This document shows positions 10,490 through 20,200 of a DNA stretch of 64,000 bases, piece by piece (position 1 is the first letter of the stretch; each line of letters begins with the position of its first letter). The notes beneath the pieces were generated by a model. The model did not search any database and was not told the origin of the DNA. It was given only the letters and a program-made list of their open reading frames with translations. The stretch comes from Gammaproteobacteria bacterium (lineage in GTDB: Bacteria > Pseudomonadota > Gammaproteobacteria > Steroidobacterales > Foliamicaceae). The stretch spans positions 18,641 to 82,640 of the forward strand of contig JAPOWV010000023.1 of NCBI GenBank assembly GCA_026707445.1. The letters are read 5' to 3'. The translations under genes were made by a program, and so were the position numbers.

Positions 10490-11435
10490 TCTCAAGACGT
10501 TGCTTACTGTTGTCTGCCTGGTGACGCTGTTGCCGGCGGCCCCGGTGTTCGCGCAGGGAGAGGATTCCACGCCAACGGAACGCGACGTGCTGGTGTTGGC
10601 CGAGCTGCTGGCACGCGTTTACGACAACTACAACCAGGTGTATTTCGACCGGCGCATCGGCTATCCGGAAAACGAACGCCACGACCGCGTAGAGCTTCGC
10701 GTCGATCGCGTGGGCGGGCCGGATTCCATGCTGCTTGCGTTTCGGGAATTCTCCGGCGGCGACTATTCCGCGGTCACTCGCGCCGGTGCGCTGGCGCTGG
10801 CGCCCGACAATGAGCGGGGCGCTTCGCGCATGGAGGTCTGGAACCGTCCGGTGGAAGGACTGGATCCGATGGCTGAAGGCGCAGGCGTCTCTGAACGTCC
10901 GGAAGCGCCGCCGGACTGCGTCGTCTACTGGACCCGCGAGGCCGCGCAATTCCGCGGCAAAGCGGAAGGCGAGTGCGCCGCCTGGGCGGACAAGTCTCTG
11001 CTGGGCGAGCAGCAGATGTGGCTGGATGCGCCCGGCGGTCGTGACCACCCGGGCGGAACCTACAAGCTGCACGCGGCGCGCATGATGAGCTGCTATATCG
11101 ATATCCCCGGCGTGAGCGGCGGGCGTGACGAGGAATACAGGCGCTACGACAATCTCCAGGTCCACGACCGGGGCGGTGGAGCGCGTATCACCCATACGGA
11201 CGGCAGGGAGATCGGCCTCCGGCTATCGAACGTCGATTGGCCGCTCAACAACTACAGCGACGTCTTCACCCGCGACGTGCTGGTCTTGTACGTGCTCGAA
11301 TACCTCGAAGACGGAATCACCTCCCACGGCTACGTCTTCACCGAGCCCGACACCGAGCGCATCGGCATCAACCTCTACTGGATGCTGTCCTACTGCTACA
11401 TGGAGTCAAACAAGAACATCCGCCCGTTCATGTAG
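10482..11435 (+). CDS. Secreted hypothetical protein (possibly CpcT/CpeT-like lipocalin fold)
   Basis: Signal peptide LLPAAPVFAQG; 8-nt overlap with upstream gene; family guess is weak. Confidence 0.5.
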   Translation: MGNLKTLLTVVCLVTLLPAAPVFAQGEDSTPTERDVLVLAELLARVYDNYNQVYFDRRIGYPENERHDRVELRVDRVGGPDSMLLAFREFSGGDYSAVTRAGALALAPDNERGASRMEVWNRPVEGLDPMAEGAGVSERPEAPPDCVVYWTREAAQFRGKAEGECAAWADKSLLGEQQMWLDAPGGRDHPGGTYKLHAARMMSCYIDIPGVSGGRDEEYRRYDNLQVHDRGGGARITHTDGREIGLRLSNVDWPLNNYSDVFTRDVLVLYVLEYLEDGITSHGYVFTEPDTERIGINLYWMLSYCYMESNKNIRPFM

Positions 11436-11563
11436 TAGCGCCGCGAATCCTGAGCAAACGCACAGGGTTTTGCACTTCGCCGCCACCCGTAGGCATGTAA
11501 ACTGGCTTCACGAACCGGATCGCCGCATCCGCGGCGTCTATACGACCTTGAAGGAGCAAGAAC

Positions 11564-12004
11564 ATGGGCATGACACACGCCAGCGTAATCATTCGCAACC
11601 CGGCCAACCCGGCCCGGGAATGGGAAGGCAAGTTCCTCGTGGACACCGGGGCCATCGACTCCCTGGTGCCACGGCCGATTCTGGAAGCGATCGGCCTTGA
11701 GCCGGTAACGCAGCGTACCTACGAATTGGCCGACGGAACGGAGGTCAGGATGGACGTAGCAATCGCCGAAATGGAATTGCTCGGCGAATTCACCGGGGGA
11801 TTGGTCATCTTCGGCGACGCCAATACCGAGCCTTTGCTGGGCGTTACGGCCCTGGAGTCAGCCGGCATTGAAATTGACCCGCAAAATCAGCGCCTGAAGA
11901 AACTGCCTGCCGTGCGTCTCAAGAAAAGCTGTCAGCAAGCGATGCCGCTCGCCTATGCCTTAGACCACCCCGGAAACGCCGCCGCATGTGACCTCCGCGC
12001 GTAA
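11564..12004 (+). CDS. Retropepsin-like (clan AA) aspartic protease
   Basis: FLVDTGA catalytic D-T-G motif, LLGVTALES flap-like segment; good RBS AAGGAG upstream. Confidence 0.65.
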   Translation: MGMTHASVIIRNPANPAREWEGKFLVDTGAIDSLVPRPILEAIGLEPVTQRTYELADGTEVRMDVAIAEMELLGEFTGGLVIFGDANTEPLLGVTALESAGIEIDPQNQRLKKLPAVRLKKSCQQAMPLAYALDHPGNAAACDLRA

Positions 12005-12010
12005 TGATGG

Positions 12011-12130
12011 ATGAACGCGGTTGAGATCGAGCAGGCTGTTTCCGCGCTGGAGGAGCAGCCTTTCGATCCTGGCGGGTTTCCCTTTGCCTTATTGCATGAT
12101 GAAACGCGTGGGATTTTGCGTATGTCCTAG
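12011..12130 (+). pseudogene. 39-codon remnant resembling the N-terminus of type IIG/IIL (MmeI-family) R-M enzymes
   Basis: MNAVEIEQAVSALEEQPFDPGGFPFALL matches, from memory, the conserved start MNAxEIExAxSxLAEQPFDxxEFPxAFLEAFGNK; similarity stops after about 27 aa and a stop follows. Confidence 0.4.
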
Positions 12131-12155
12131 TCGCTCGTTGGGATAGACTTGCGGC

Positions 12156-12398
12156 ATGGATTGGATGACGGCAGTTGCTCTGGCGACATTGATCGTGGGC
12201 CTGTTCGCATGGCTGCGTGCGGATATTGCTGCTTTGCGCAAGGAAATGCGGGATGAGTTTTCGATAGTACGCAGCGAAATCGCGGATTTACGCCGTGATG
12301 TTTCCCGGCTGCAAAAGGAAATGGCGGGACTCCGGGAACGGATGGCGCGTACGGAAGGACTTCTTGATGGACTACGCGAGGCTGTCGCCGGCAGGTAG
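12156..12398 (+). CDS. Small membrane-anchored coiled-coil protein
   Basis: N-terminal TM helix AVALATLIVGLFAWL followed by heptad-like charged repeats. Confidence 0.5.
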   Translation: MDWMTAVALATLIVGLFAWLRADIAALRKEMRDEFSIVRSEIADLRRDVSRLQKEMAGLRERMARTEGLLDGLREAVAGR

Positions 12399-12461
12399 GT
12401 TGCTTAGCCTGCGTCTCCAATATTTGGATTTTGCCCTGGGATAGGGGGCATTGCCCGCACA

Positions 12462-12514
12462 GCGTCCCGCCCTCCGAGAGGACGAGACGTCCTCGCTCCC
12501 GGGCTATAGGGAGC
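12462..12514. repeat. REP-like GC-rich palindromic element (core GCGTCCCGCCCTCC plus hairpins)
   Basis: Hairpin GAGGACG-AGA-CGTCCTC (12478..12494) and GCTCCC/GGGAGC (12495..12514); reverse complement aligns with the element at 38784..38832. Confidence 0.6.
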
Positions 12515-14498
12515 GGCCGAGGGCGTGGCCGTCGGTCGTGGCGGCGAGCAGCGTGCGGGGCATGTCGCAGTCGCCTACGGTCACCACGTCCAGGCCTGCA
12601 GCTCGAAGCGGTGCCGCAAGTTCGTCGTTGGGCGCGCGGCTGCCGGACCAGGTCAGCATCGCCAGGTCGCCGATATCCCGCAGCGAACCGTTGAGCACGT
12701 TGCGGCAGCTCACGCGGCCTTCATCCAGCGCAGAATCGGCATGGATGTCCGAAAGAAGCGCGACCTCGACGTTCGGCATGCCGTACAGGCGACGGTAGAT
12801 GCCCTGGCGCGTCACCAGGCCCACGTCGCTGGCCAGGCGTTCCCGCGGAGTCACGACGACCAACCGGGAGAAGCGCTGCGCCAACAGCTCCGCGGCCGAG
12901 TAGGTCGCCAGCGTATGGTCCTGGTCCCATAACACCGCCGTGCCGTCTATCGTTTCGTCCGGACGGTCCAGCATTTCCCGGCTGACCTCGCGGATGTCGA
13001 ATACGAAATCGCGCCATTCCTCCGGCCAGCCGTGCGGCCACAGCATCGTCGCGCCGCCCGCCAGGACCACCACGTCCGGCTCGCACTGCAGCACGTCGTC
13101 CACGCCCGCCCGGATCCCAAGGTGAACTGTTGCGCCGGCTTTGGCAGCGGCCATTTCCTGGTAGTCGTAAACGCTGCTGACGTTCTCTCCGCCCGGCAAT
13201 TGGGCATGCAGATACGCCTTGCCGCCGGGCCGCTCCGACGCGCCAAAAACGGTGACCTCGTGATCGCGGGCGGCAGCCACCCAACCCGCCTCCAGGCCCG
13301 CAGGGCCGGCCCCCGCGACCACGACGCGCCGCTTTCGTTTTGCCGGCTGCGGCCAGTAGTCCACCTCATCGGGCTGCGAGAGGCGGGGGTTGTTGTCGCA
13401 CAGGATCGGCTTGCGCTCAACGATCGTGGCCCAGCAGGTGTTGCAGGACACGCAGTAGCGGATCTCGGATTGCCGGCCTTCCGCCGCCTTCTTGACCCAG
13501 GCTGCGTCCGTGACCAGCGGACGGCCCATCGCCACCATCTGTGCCTTGCCCGCGGCCAGTATTCCTTCAGCTTCCGCCGGGTCGGTAATCAGACCCAGGG
13601 CCATGAGCGGCACGCCCGGCGCGTTGGCCGCGATCTCCGCGTGCCCCTCGACATACGGGGCGCGCGGGTAGCTCATGTCGGGAATGTGCGTCTCCAGCGT
13701 ATGGGAATGAGAGCCGTCGCAATAGACCAGGTAATGAAACCCGCCGGCCTCCGCCAGTCGGGCCGTAATGCGCGCGGATTCGGGATGATCGATGCCTCCC
13801 GGAATCCCGTCAGTGCCCGGGAGTTTTAAACCTATTATGAAATTCTTTCTACAACTACTTGTTATTACTTCTATTAACTCTCTCAACAGTCGCGTTCTTC
13901 CCTCCAGATCGCCACCGTACTCGTCATCGCGTATGTTGGCCGCCGGCGACAGGAACTGGTGAAAAAGGTGGCCGTGCCCGGCGGAAAGCTCGACCCCGCT
14001 GAAGCCCGCCTCCTCAAGGCGGCGCGCGCCCTTGCCGAAGTGTTCTATGGCCTCGTGAATGCGGTGCCTGGGCATTTCCCTGGGCATGGTCCAGCTCAGG
14101 TCATCGGGTAGCGCCGAGGGCGCCCAGGCCTGCTGCGACCTCCCCGCCTCGCGGTGGCCGCGGCCGGAATCCTGAAACTGCCCCAGGAGGCGGCAACCTC
14201 GGCTTTCCACGGCGTCCGCCCAGCGGGCCAGCGCGTCGCGGGTGTTCGGCCCGATCAGGGCCGGGCGGTGCGAACGGTCGTGCCAGGGCAGCACGTTCAA
14301 CGGCTCGGTCACGATCAATCCCGTTCCGCCGGCGGCGCGGTTGGCGTGATAGCGCACCAGGCGCGGATCGATGTCCTGGTTCTGCGTGTAACGCGTGCTC
14401 ATCGACGCGTGAACCACGCGATTTCGCACCGTTCTCCCGGCCAGCGTGATCGGTTCAAGCAGAAGCGGATATTCCATGCGTCCAGAACGGATTGGCAA
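12504..14498 (-). CDS. NADH:flavin oxidoreductase / 2,4-dienoyl-CoA reductase-like (OYE domain + Fe-S + FAD/NAD domain)
   Basis: OYE motifs ELSAGHGHLFHQFLSP; Cys cluster CVSCNTCW...C; Rossmann VVVAGAGPAGLEAG. Confidence 0.85.
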   Translation of the reverse strand: MPIRSGRMEYPLLLEPITLAGRTVRNRVVHASMSTRYTQNQDIDPRLVRYHANRAAGGTGLIVTEPLNVLPWHDRSHRPALIGPNTRDALARWADAVESRGCRLLGQFQDSGRGHREAGRSQQAWAPSALPDDLSWTMPREMPRHRIHEAIEHFGKGARRLEEAGFSGVELSAGHGHLFHQFLSPAANIRDDEYGGDLEGRTRLLRELIEVITSSCRKNFIIGLKLPGTDGIPGGIDHPESARITARLAEAGGFHYLVYCDGSHSHTLETHIPDMSYPRAPYVEGHAEIAANAPGVPLMALGLITDPAEAEGILAAGKAQMVAMGRPLVTDAAWVKKAAEGRQSEIRYCVSCNTCWATIVERKPILCDNNPRLSQPDEVDYWPQPAKRKRRVVVAGAGPAGLEAGWVAAARDHEVTVFGASERPGGKAYLHAQLPGGENVSSVYDYQEMAAAKAGATVHLGIRAGVDDVLQCEPDVVVLAGGATMLWPHGWPEEWRDFVFDIREVSREMLDRPDETIDGTAVLWDQDHTLATYSAAELLAQRFSRLVVVTPRERLASDVGLVTRQGIYRRLYGMPNVEVALLSDIHADSALDEGRVSCRNVLNGSLRDIGDLAMLTWSGSRAPNDELAAPLRAAGLDVVTVGDCDMPRTLLAATTDGHALGRSL

Positions 14499-14547
14499 TT
14501 GAGCGAGCGTACCTTAACCTTTAGGCAGAGCTTGTAAACCGAACAGT

Positions 14548-17235
14548 TTGAGCACGCCTTCCTACCAGCAGATTCTCGAACAGGACCTTTTCCCCGCGCT
14601 GCGGGAGGGCGCCCTGGCCGTGACCGCCACCGCCAGGCTGGCGCGGCGGATACGCTACCGCTACGGCCAGTGGCGGCGCGCCGCGAACGCAACCGTGTGG
14701 CGGCGGCCGGCTGTAATGTCATGGCAGGAATGGATGCGGCAGTTGTGGGAGGACTCGCTGCTGCGCGGCGGCAAGGCCGGCGAGTTCACATTGCTGTCTT
14801 CCCACGGTTCGCTGATGCTCTGGGAGCAGGCGCTGGGCAAAAATGCGGTGGCCGGCTTCGATCTGGAGCAGAACGCGGAACTGGCCCGTAGGAGCTGGAA
14901 TCTGGCGCTCGAATACGGGCTGAACCTCGAGCGCCTGCGCAGCGAGGTGGACGGGGAGGACGAGCGCCGATTCGCCCGTTGGGTCGCGCGCTTCGAGGAA
15001 CTGCGCCGATCGGGAAGCTGGCTGGAACCCGCGGGACTTCCGCCACTCCTGGCCCAGGACATTCAGAGCGGCGCGATCGCCGCTCGCGGGCGGCTGTATC
15101 TGCTCGGGTTCAACGATCCGCTACCGGCGCCTCGAGCTCTTTTGCTTGAGACCGTACGCTCCGCTCGTATCTCCGTGGAAAAAGGTCCGGCAGCACCCAG
15201 GGCCGCAAGCGTCTGTCAGATCCAGTACGAGAACGGCGACGAGGAACTGCAGGCCGCCGCAAGCTGGGCCGTCGAGGGCAATGCCGGTCTCGTGCTTGTC
15301 GATTTCACCGAGCGTGCCCCGCGCGCTCGCCGTGCATTGCTGGATCGCATGCAGCCGGCCTGGCAGACGCGCGGGTTTCCGCAGGATGCGCCGCTGAATT
15401 CCGCTGAAGCGCCATCGCTGGTACATGTCGGACCGGCAGAGATGGCCCTCGACGTACTCTGCCTGTTGCCGACCGTAGTGGATTTCGAGGTGGTCAGCCG
15501 GGTCCTGCGCGGCGCATACCTCACGGGTTCGGACGCCGAAGCCGGCATGCGCGCACGCGTGGAACGGCGGATACGGGAGAGACTGGTCGGGGGCGAGATT
15601 ACCCGCACGCAACTGATGGCCCGCGCCCTGTCCGGCGCGCCGCTGCTCGCCCAGGCGCTGCAGAATGCATGGAAAGCCTCCCGAAAGGCCCGCGGAAAGG
15701 GCAGGGCGCACTCCTACCGCAACTGGGCCGGCGTATTCACGACCTTCTTGCGCGAACTGGGCTGGCCGGGCGACCGGCCGCTGGTCAGCAGCGAGCAGCA
15801 GGCGGTGGAAGCCTTCAGCCGCTTGCTTTCGGAGTACGGCGGCTGCGACGCCATTTCCGCGAAGCCCGTCACCCTCTCCGCAGCGCTCTCGCGCCTGGGC
15901 GCGATGTCCCGGGAGCGCAAATTCCAGCCCCAGGGGCCCGACCAGGCTGTTGAACTCCTGCCGGTCGAGGAGTCGGCCGGTATGCGCTTCGATCGATTAT
16001 GGGTGGCGGGCGCGGGCGCCAACCTGTGGCCACGAGGGATCCGGCCGGCGCCCCTCCTTCCTCTCGGATTGCAACGGCGCATGAGGATGCCCCAGGCAAG
16101 CGCGCAGTCGGCGCTGGACCAGGCCCGCCGGCAAACGGAAGCATTGCTGCACGGCGCAGACGAAGTGGTGTTCAGTTGGTCGAAGGTTGCGGAAGAAGGA
16201 GTGGAGACAAGCTGCAGTCCACTGATCGCCCGGGTTCCTCTGCGCGACCCTTCAAGCGTGGTGGAGGTGGAGGCAGGCGCTGCGTATGTCGAAGTCCTTC
16301 GCACCGGCGCCTCGCTGGAGACGCTCAAGCACGATGCCGCGCCTCCGCTAGAGGCCGATGAAGAGGTCGGCGGCGGTACGCGGCTGATGGATCATCAACT
16401 CAGGAACCCGTTTCGCGCGTTTGCCGAGCATCGGCTGCACGCTGCCGAATACCCAAGACCGTGGGACGGAATCAGCCCGCTGGATCGCGGGGACATCGTG
16501 CACAAGCTCTTGTACCGGCTCTATACCGAGTTCGGGAACGCCGCGTCACTGGCGGAGGCCTTGCCCGACCTGGAGCCCAGCCTGGAGGAATGGGCGGCGC
16601 AAATACCCAGGAAGGAACCGCCGGGAGTCCGGCCGCTGGTGCTGGGGCTGCTGGGACTCGAGCGCGAGCGGGCCGTGCAGCTTGCGCTGGACTGGGTCCG
16701 GCTCGACCTTGAGCGCGGAGAATTCAGCGTCCGGGAACTGGAGGAGCTGGCGGAACTGGACCTGGGGCCCGTCACGCTGCGAATGAGGCTGGACCGGGTC
16801 GATCAACCGGCATCCGATGCGGGGGCGCTGGTGCTGGATTACAAGACCGGGCGGGAAATACCGCTTTCCGGGCTCAACCCGGAACGTTTGCGTTCCAGCC
16901 AGCTTCCGGCATACGCGCTGGTCACGCCGGACGTGTCCGGCGTCGGCTACGTATTCCTTTCCGGAAAACAGCGAACGGTGAAGGGCATATGCGACCCGCA
17001 TGCCGATATTCCCGGCAAGGAGAAGCTGCCGAAGCTGATGCCCATTTCGAAGCACCGCGATTTCAGACATTACGCGAGCTGGGAAAGCGTGCTGGCGGCC
17101 TGGCGCGAAGCATTGGAAAAAGCGGCAGTTGACCTGAGCCGGGGGGATGCGCGCGTCGAGATTTTTTCCTGGGATGACGGCGGTCGCGGACAGTACCAGA
17201 TACTGAGCCGCATCCAGGAGCTGGAGCAGGCATGA
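14548..17235 (+). CDS. AddB-like PD-(D/E)XK nuclease subunit
   Basis: C-terminal nuclease motif ALVLDYKTGR; 4-nt overlap with the AddA-like gene; TTG start uncertain. Confidence 0.65.
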   Translation: MSTPSYQQILEQDLFPALREGALAVTATARLARRIRYRYGQWRRAANATVWRRPAVMSWQEWMRQLWEDSLLRGGKAGEFTLLSSHGSLMLWEQALGKNAVAGFDLEQNAELARRSWNLALEYGLNLERLRSEVDGEDERRFARWVARFEELRRSGSWLEPAGLPPLLAQDIQSGAIAARGRLYLLGFNDPLPAPRALLLETVRSARISVEKGPAAPRAASVCQIQYENGDEELQAAASWAVEGNAGLVLVDFTERAPRARRALLDRMQPAWQTRGFPQDAPLNSAEAPSLVHVGPAEMALDVLCLLPTVVDFEVVSRVLRGAYLTGSDAEAGMRARVERRIRERLVGGEITRTQLMARALSGAPLLAQALQNAWKASRKARGKGRAHSYRNWAGVFTTFLRELGWPGDRPLVSSEQQAVEAFSRLLSEYGGCDAISAKPVTLSAALSRLGAMSRERKFQPQGPDQAVELLPVEESAGMRFDRLWVAGAGANLWPRGIRPAPLLPLGLQRRMRMPQASAQSALDQARRQTEALLHGADEVVFSWSKVAEEGVETSCSPLIARVPLRDPSSVVEVEAGAAYVEVLRTGASLETLKHDAAPPLEADEEVGGGTRLMDHQLRNPFRAFAEHRLHAAEYPRPWDGISPLDRGDIVHKLLYRLYTEFGNAASLAEALPDLEPSLEEWAAQIPRKEPPGVRPLVLGLLGLERERAVQLALDWVRLDLERGEFSVRELEELAELDLGPVTLRMRLDRVDQPASDAGALVLDYKTGREIPLSGLNPERLRSSQLPAYALVTPDVSGVGYVFLSGKQRTVKGICDPHADIPGKEKLPKLMPISKHRDFRHYASWESVLAAWREALEKAAVDLSRGDARVEIFSWDDGGRGQYQILSRIQELEQA

Positions 17236-20200
17236 CCGCGCCCGGCGACCAGGCCGTCCGCGAACAGGCGCTGCACCCCGAGCGCTCGTTCATCGTGCAG
17301 GCGCCGGCCGGCTCCGGCAAGACCGAGATTCTGGTCCAGCGCTACCTGCGCCTGCTGGGGCGGGAGGCCGAGCCCGACGCGGTGCTGGCGATCACCTTCA
17401 CGCGCAAGGCGGCCGCCGAAATGCGCGAGCGCGTTGCCCGCAGCCTGCGGGAGGCCGTTTCGGACAACAAGGACGTGCCGCCTCACCGCCAACGGAGCCT
17501 CGAGCTTGCGCGGCGCGTGCTTGAACAGTCGCGCAAGCGAGGCTGGGACCTTCCGGACAATCCGGCGCGCCTGCGCATCATCACCATCGACTCGCTGGGT
17601 TCCTGGCTGGCGGCGAGTTCGCCGGTGTCCAGCGGCGGCGGAGCGCTGGGCAACCTGCGCGCCGACGCAGTGCCTCTCTACGAAACGGCCGCCCGCATGT
17701 TGCTGCAAGATGGCATCCGGATTGGGGACGAGGATGTGCAGACCCTGCTTCGCCACCTGGACGGCAGCGGGCAGCAATTCACCGAACTGGTCGCCGGAAT
17801 GCTGGCCAAGCGCGAACAGTGGCTGCCGTTGCTGGGAGCGGGAGACAACGCAGCGGCGCTCAATGCGGCGCTGCGCAATCTCGCAGGCCGCGAAATCGGC
17901 CGGATGCTTCAATGCCTGGGGAGATATCGCGGCGAATTCGAGAAGGCCTTTGCCGATTACTGGGTAGCCGACGAAGAGCCGGACGACCCCTCCAGTCCCG
18001 ATGCGCTTGCCGGATGGAGTCGCGCGGCGGACGACCTGCTCACACTGAAGAACGAATGGCGCGTGCGGTTCAGGAAGCAGCTCGGCGAAAAACTGGAGCG
18101 GACGCTCAGAGGGTCCGGCGAGTTTCGGGAACGATTGTCCCGCCTCAGGATTCTCGAGTCGCCGGGTTACGAAGCGGCCCGTCTGCGACTGGTGCAGTCG
18201 GTGATGCGCGTGTTGCGCGGCGCTTTTGCGCAGTTGAAGGTGCTGTTCGCGCAGCGCAGGGAAACCGACTACACGGAAGTCAGCCAGGCGGCGCTCAAGG
18301 CCCTGGGCCACGGCGACCGGCCGTCGCTGCTGGCCGAACGCCTGGATACGCGGCTGCGCCACGTCCTGGTCGACGAGTTCCAGGACACCTCGCGCACACA
18401 GCTCGACCTGCTCCAGCAGATGACCCGCGAGTGGCAGGACGGCGACGGCCGCACCGTGTTCATGGTCGGAGACCCCATGCAATCCATATACGGCTTTCGG
18501 GAGGCCGACGTGCGCGGCTACCTCAGGGTTTGCGAGCAGGGGCTGGCGGCCCTGCGGCCCGAACTGCTCCGGCTGACCGTGAACTTCCGTTCCAAGCCCG
18601 GGCTGGTGGACTGGTTCAATACGGTTTTTCCCAGGGTCTTCCCTGCCCAGGGCGACACACTGCTTGGCACCGTTGCCTACACGCCCTGCGAGCCCGCGCC
18701 TGGGGCAAAGCCCGAGCCCGAGGCGAAGCCCGGAAATGCCGATGCCCGGCTTCACTACTTCCGCAAGGGCGATCACGAGTCGGAGGTGGCGATTGTCGAG
18801 CGGATCGTCCGGAATACGCTCGCGGACCGTCCCGACGGGACCATCGGCATCCTGGTCCGTAGCCGGACACACGGCGAGGAGGTGAGCAACGCGCTGGGCA
18901 GGACCGGCATCGCGGTCAACCGAACCGAGTTCGAGCGCCGCAAACGCTTCAGCGTGGTGCAGGACGTGGCCGCGATCGCCCGTGCCCTGGCGCAACTGAC
19001 CGACCGTATCGCCTGGCTGGCTGTCCTGCGCGCGCCGTGGTGCGGGCTTTCTCTGAAGGATTTGCATGCGCTTTGTCACGATGCCCCGGGCGACACGGTC
19101 TGGGACCTGCTGCGCGACGCCGGGCGCGTCGACCGGCTCAGCAGTGACGGGCGCGACCGCCTGGCCCGGGTCGTCCCGGTGCTCGAACGGGCGCTGCGCC
19201 TGCGCGGGCAACTGGACTTTCGGAGCTGGGTGGAAGGAACCTGGCTGGCTCTGGGCGGTCCCGCTGGCAACAGCGATGAGAATTGCCTGCGTCATGCTGC
19301 CGAGTTTCTCGACAGCCTCGCCGAAACCAGCCAGGGAAGTCAGATCGACAACGCGGTTGCCCGCACGCTCAAACTCACCGACGAATTCGTGTCCAATCCG
19401 GAGACCGGCGCGCGCGTGCAGATCCTGACCATGCACAAGGCCAAGGGCCTGGAGTTCGACACCGTGATCCTGCCGGGGCTGGGGCGGGACATCCGCGGCG
19501 GACGAGCGCCGGTGCTTCGCTGGTGGCAACCGCCGCCCGGCGAGAACTGGTTGCCGGCGGAGGACGGTGCTGCAACCCTGCTGGCGGTACCACCCTCACG
19601 GCGACGGCAGGACAGCGACCCCGTGTACGAATACCTGGACAAACTGGAGAAGGCCCGTGAGGATGCCGAGCGCAGGCGGCTCCTGTACGTGGCGGCGACC
19701 CGCGCGCGCACCCGCCTGCATCTGCTGGTGGGCCTGGTCCGGGACGAGGAGTCACAAGGCCCGGGGGAATTCAAACCCTCGGCGCGGACCATGGCCGCGG
19801 ACCTTGCGGAGGCTCTCCGGGAAATTTTCGAGCGGGAAGCCCCCGGGGAACTGCCCGCAAAGCGCAGGAGCGCGAGGAAACGGCGATTGGTGAAACCGGA
19901 GATCCAGCGTGTGCCCGACGGCTGGGCGCCGCCTGAACCCCCGGCGCCCATGATCGCACCCAGCCCGGAGGAGACCCGGTCCCCCTCGTACGTCTGGGCC
20001 GGCGAGCGGGCGCGCGTGCTGGGCCTGGCGGTCCACCGCTGGCTTCAGGAAATCTCCGAAGAAGGGCCGGGCGCCTGGCCGCGCGAGCGCCTGGAAACGC
20101 AGCGCTCCCGCACTCGGCGGATGCTGCAGTTCCACGGCGTGCCGGTGGACGAACTGGATTCGCTGTCGGCGGACGTTGAAACCGCGCTGCTCAATACGCT

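Noticed and set aside
17070-19529. 819-aa ORF on the minus strand opposite the AddA-like gene. Similar long antisense ORFs occur at 21400..22998, 49705..51468, 2581..3789, 7008..8309, 5925..6980, 28536..29837, 37604..39082, 39818..41128, 53685..54794, 54895..55899 and 58909..59871.
   Set aside because: These are shadow ORFs typical of high-GC DNA. They are Arg/Gly/Pro/Ala/His-rich low-complexity translations with no recognisable motifs. Each lies opposite a gene with strong family signatures.
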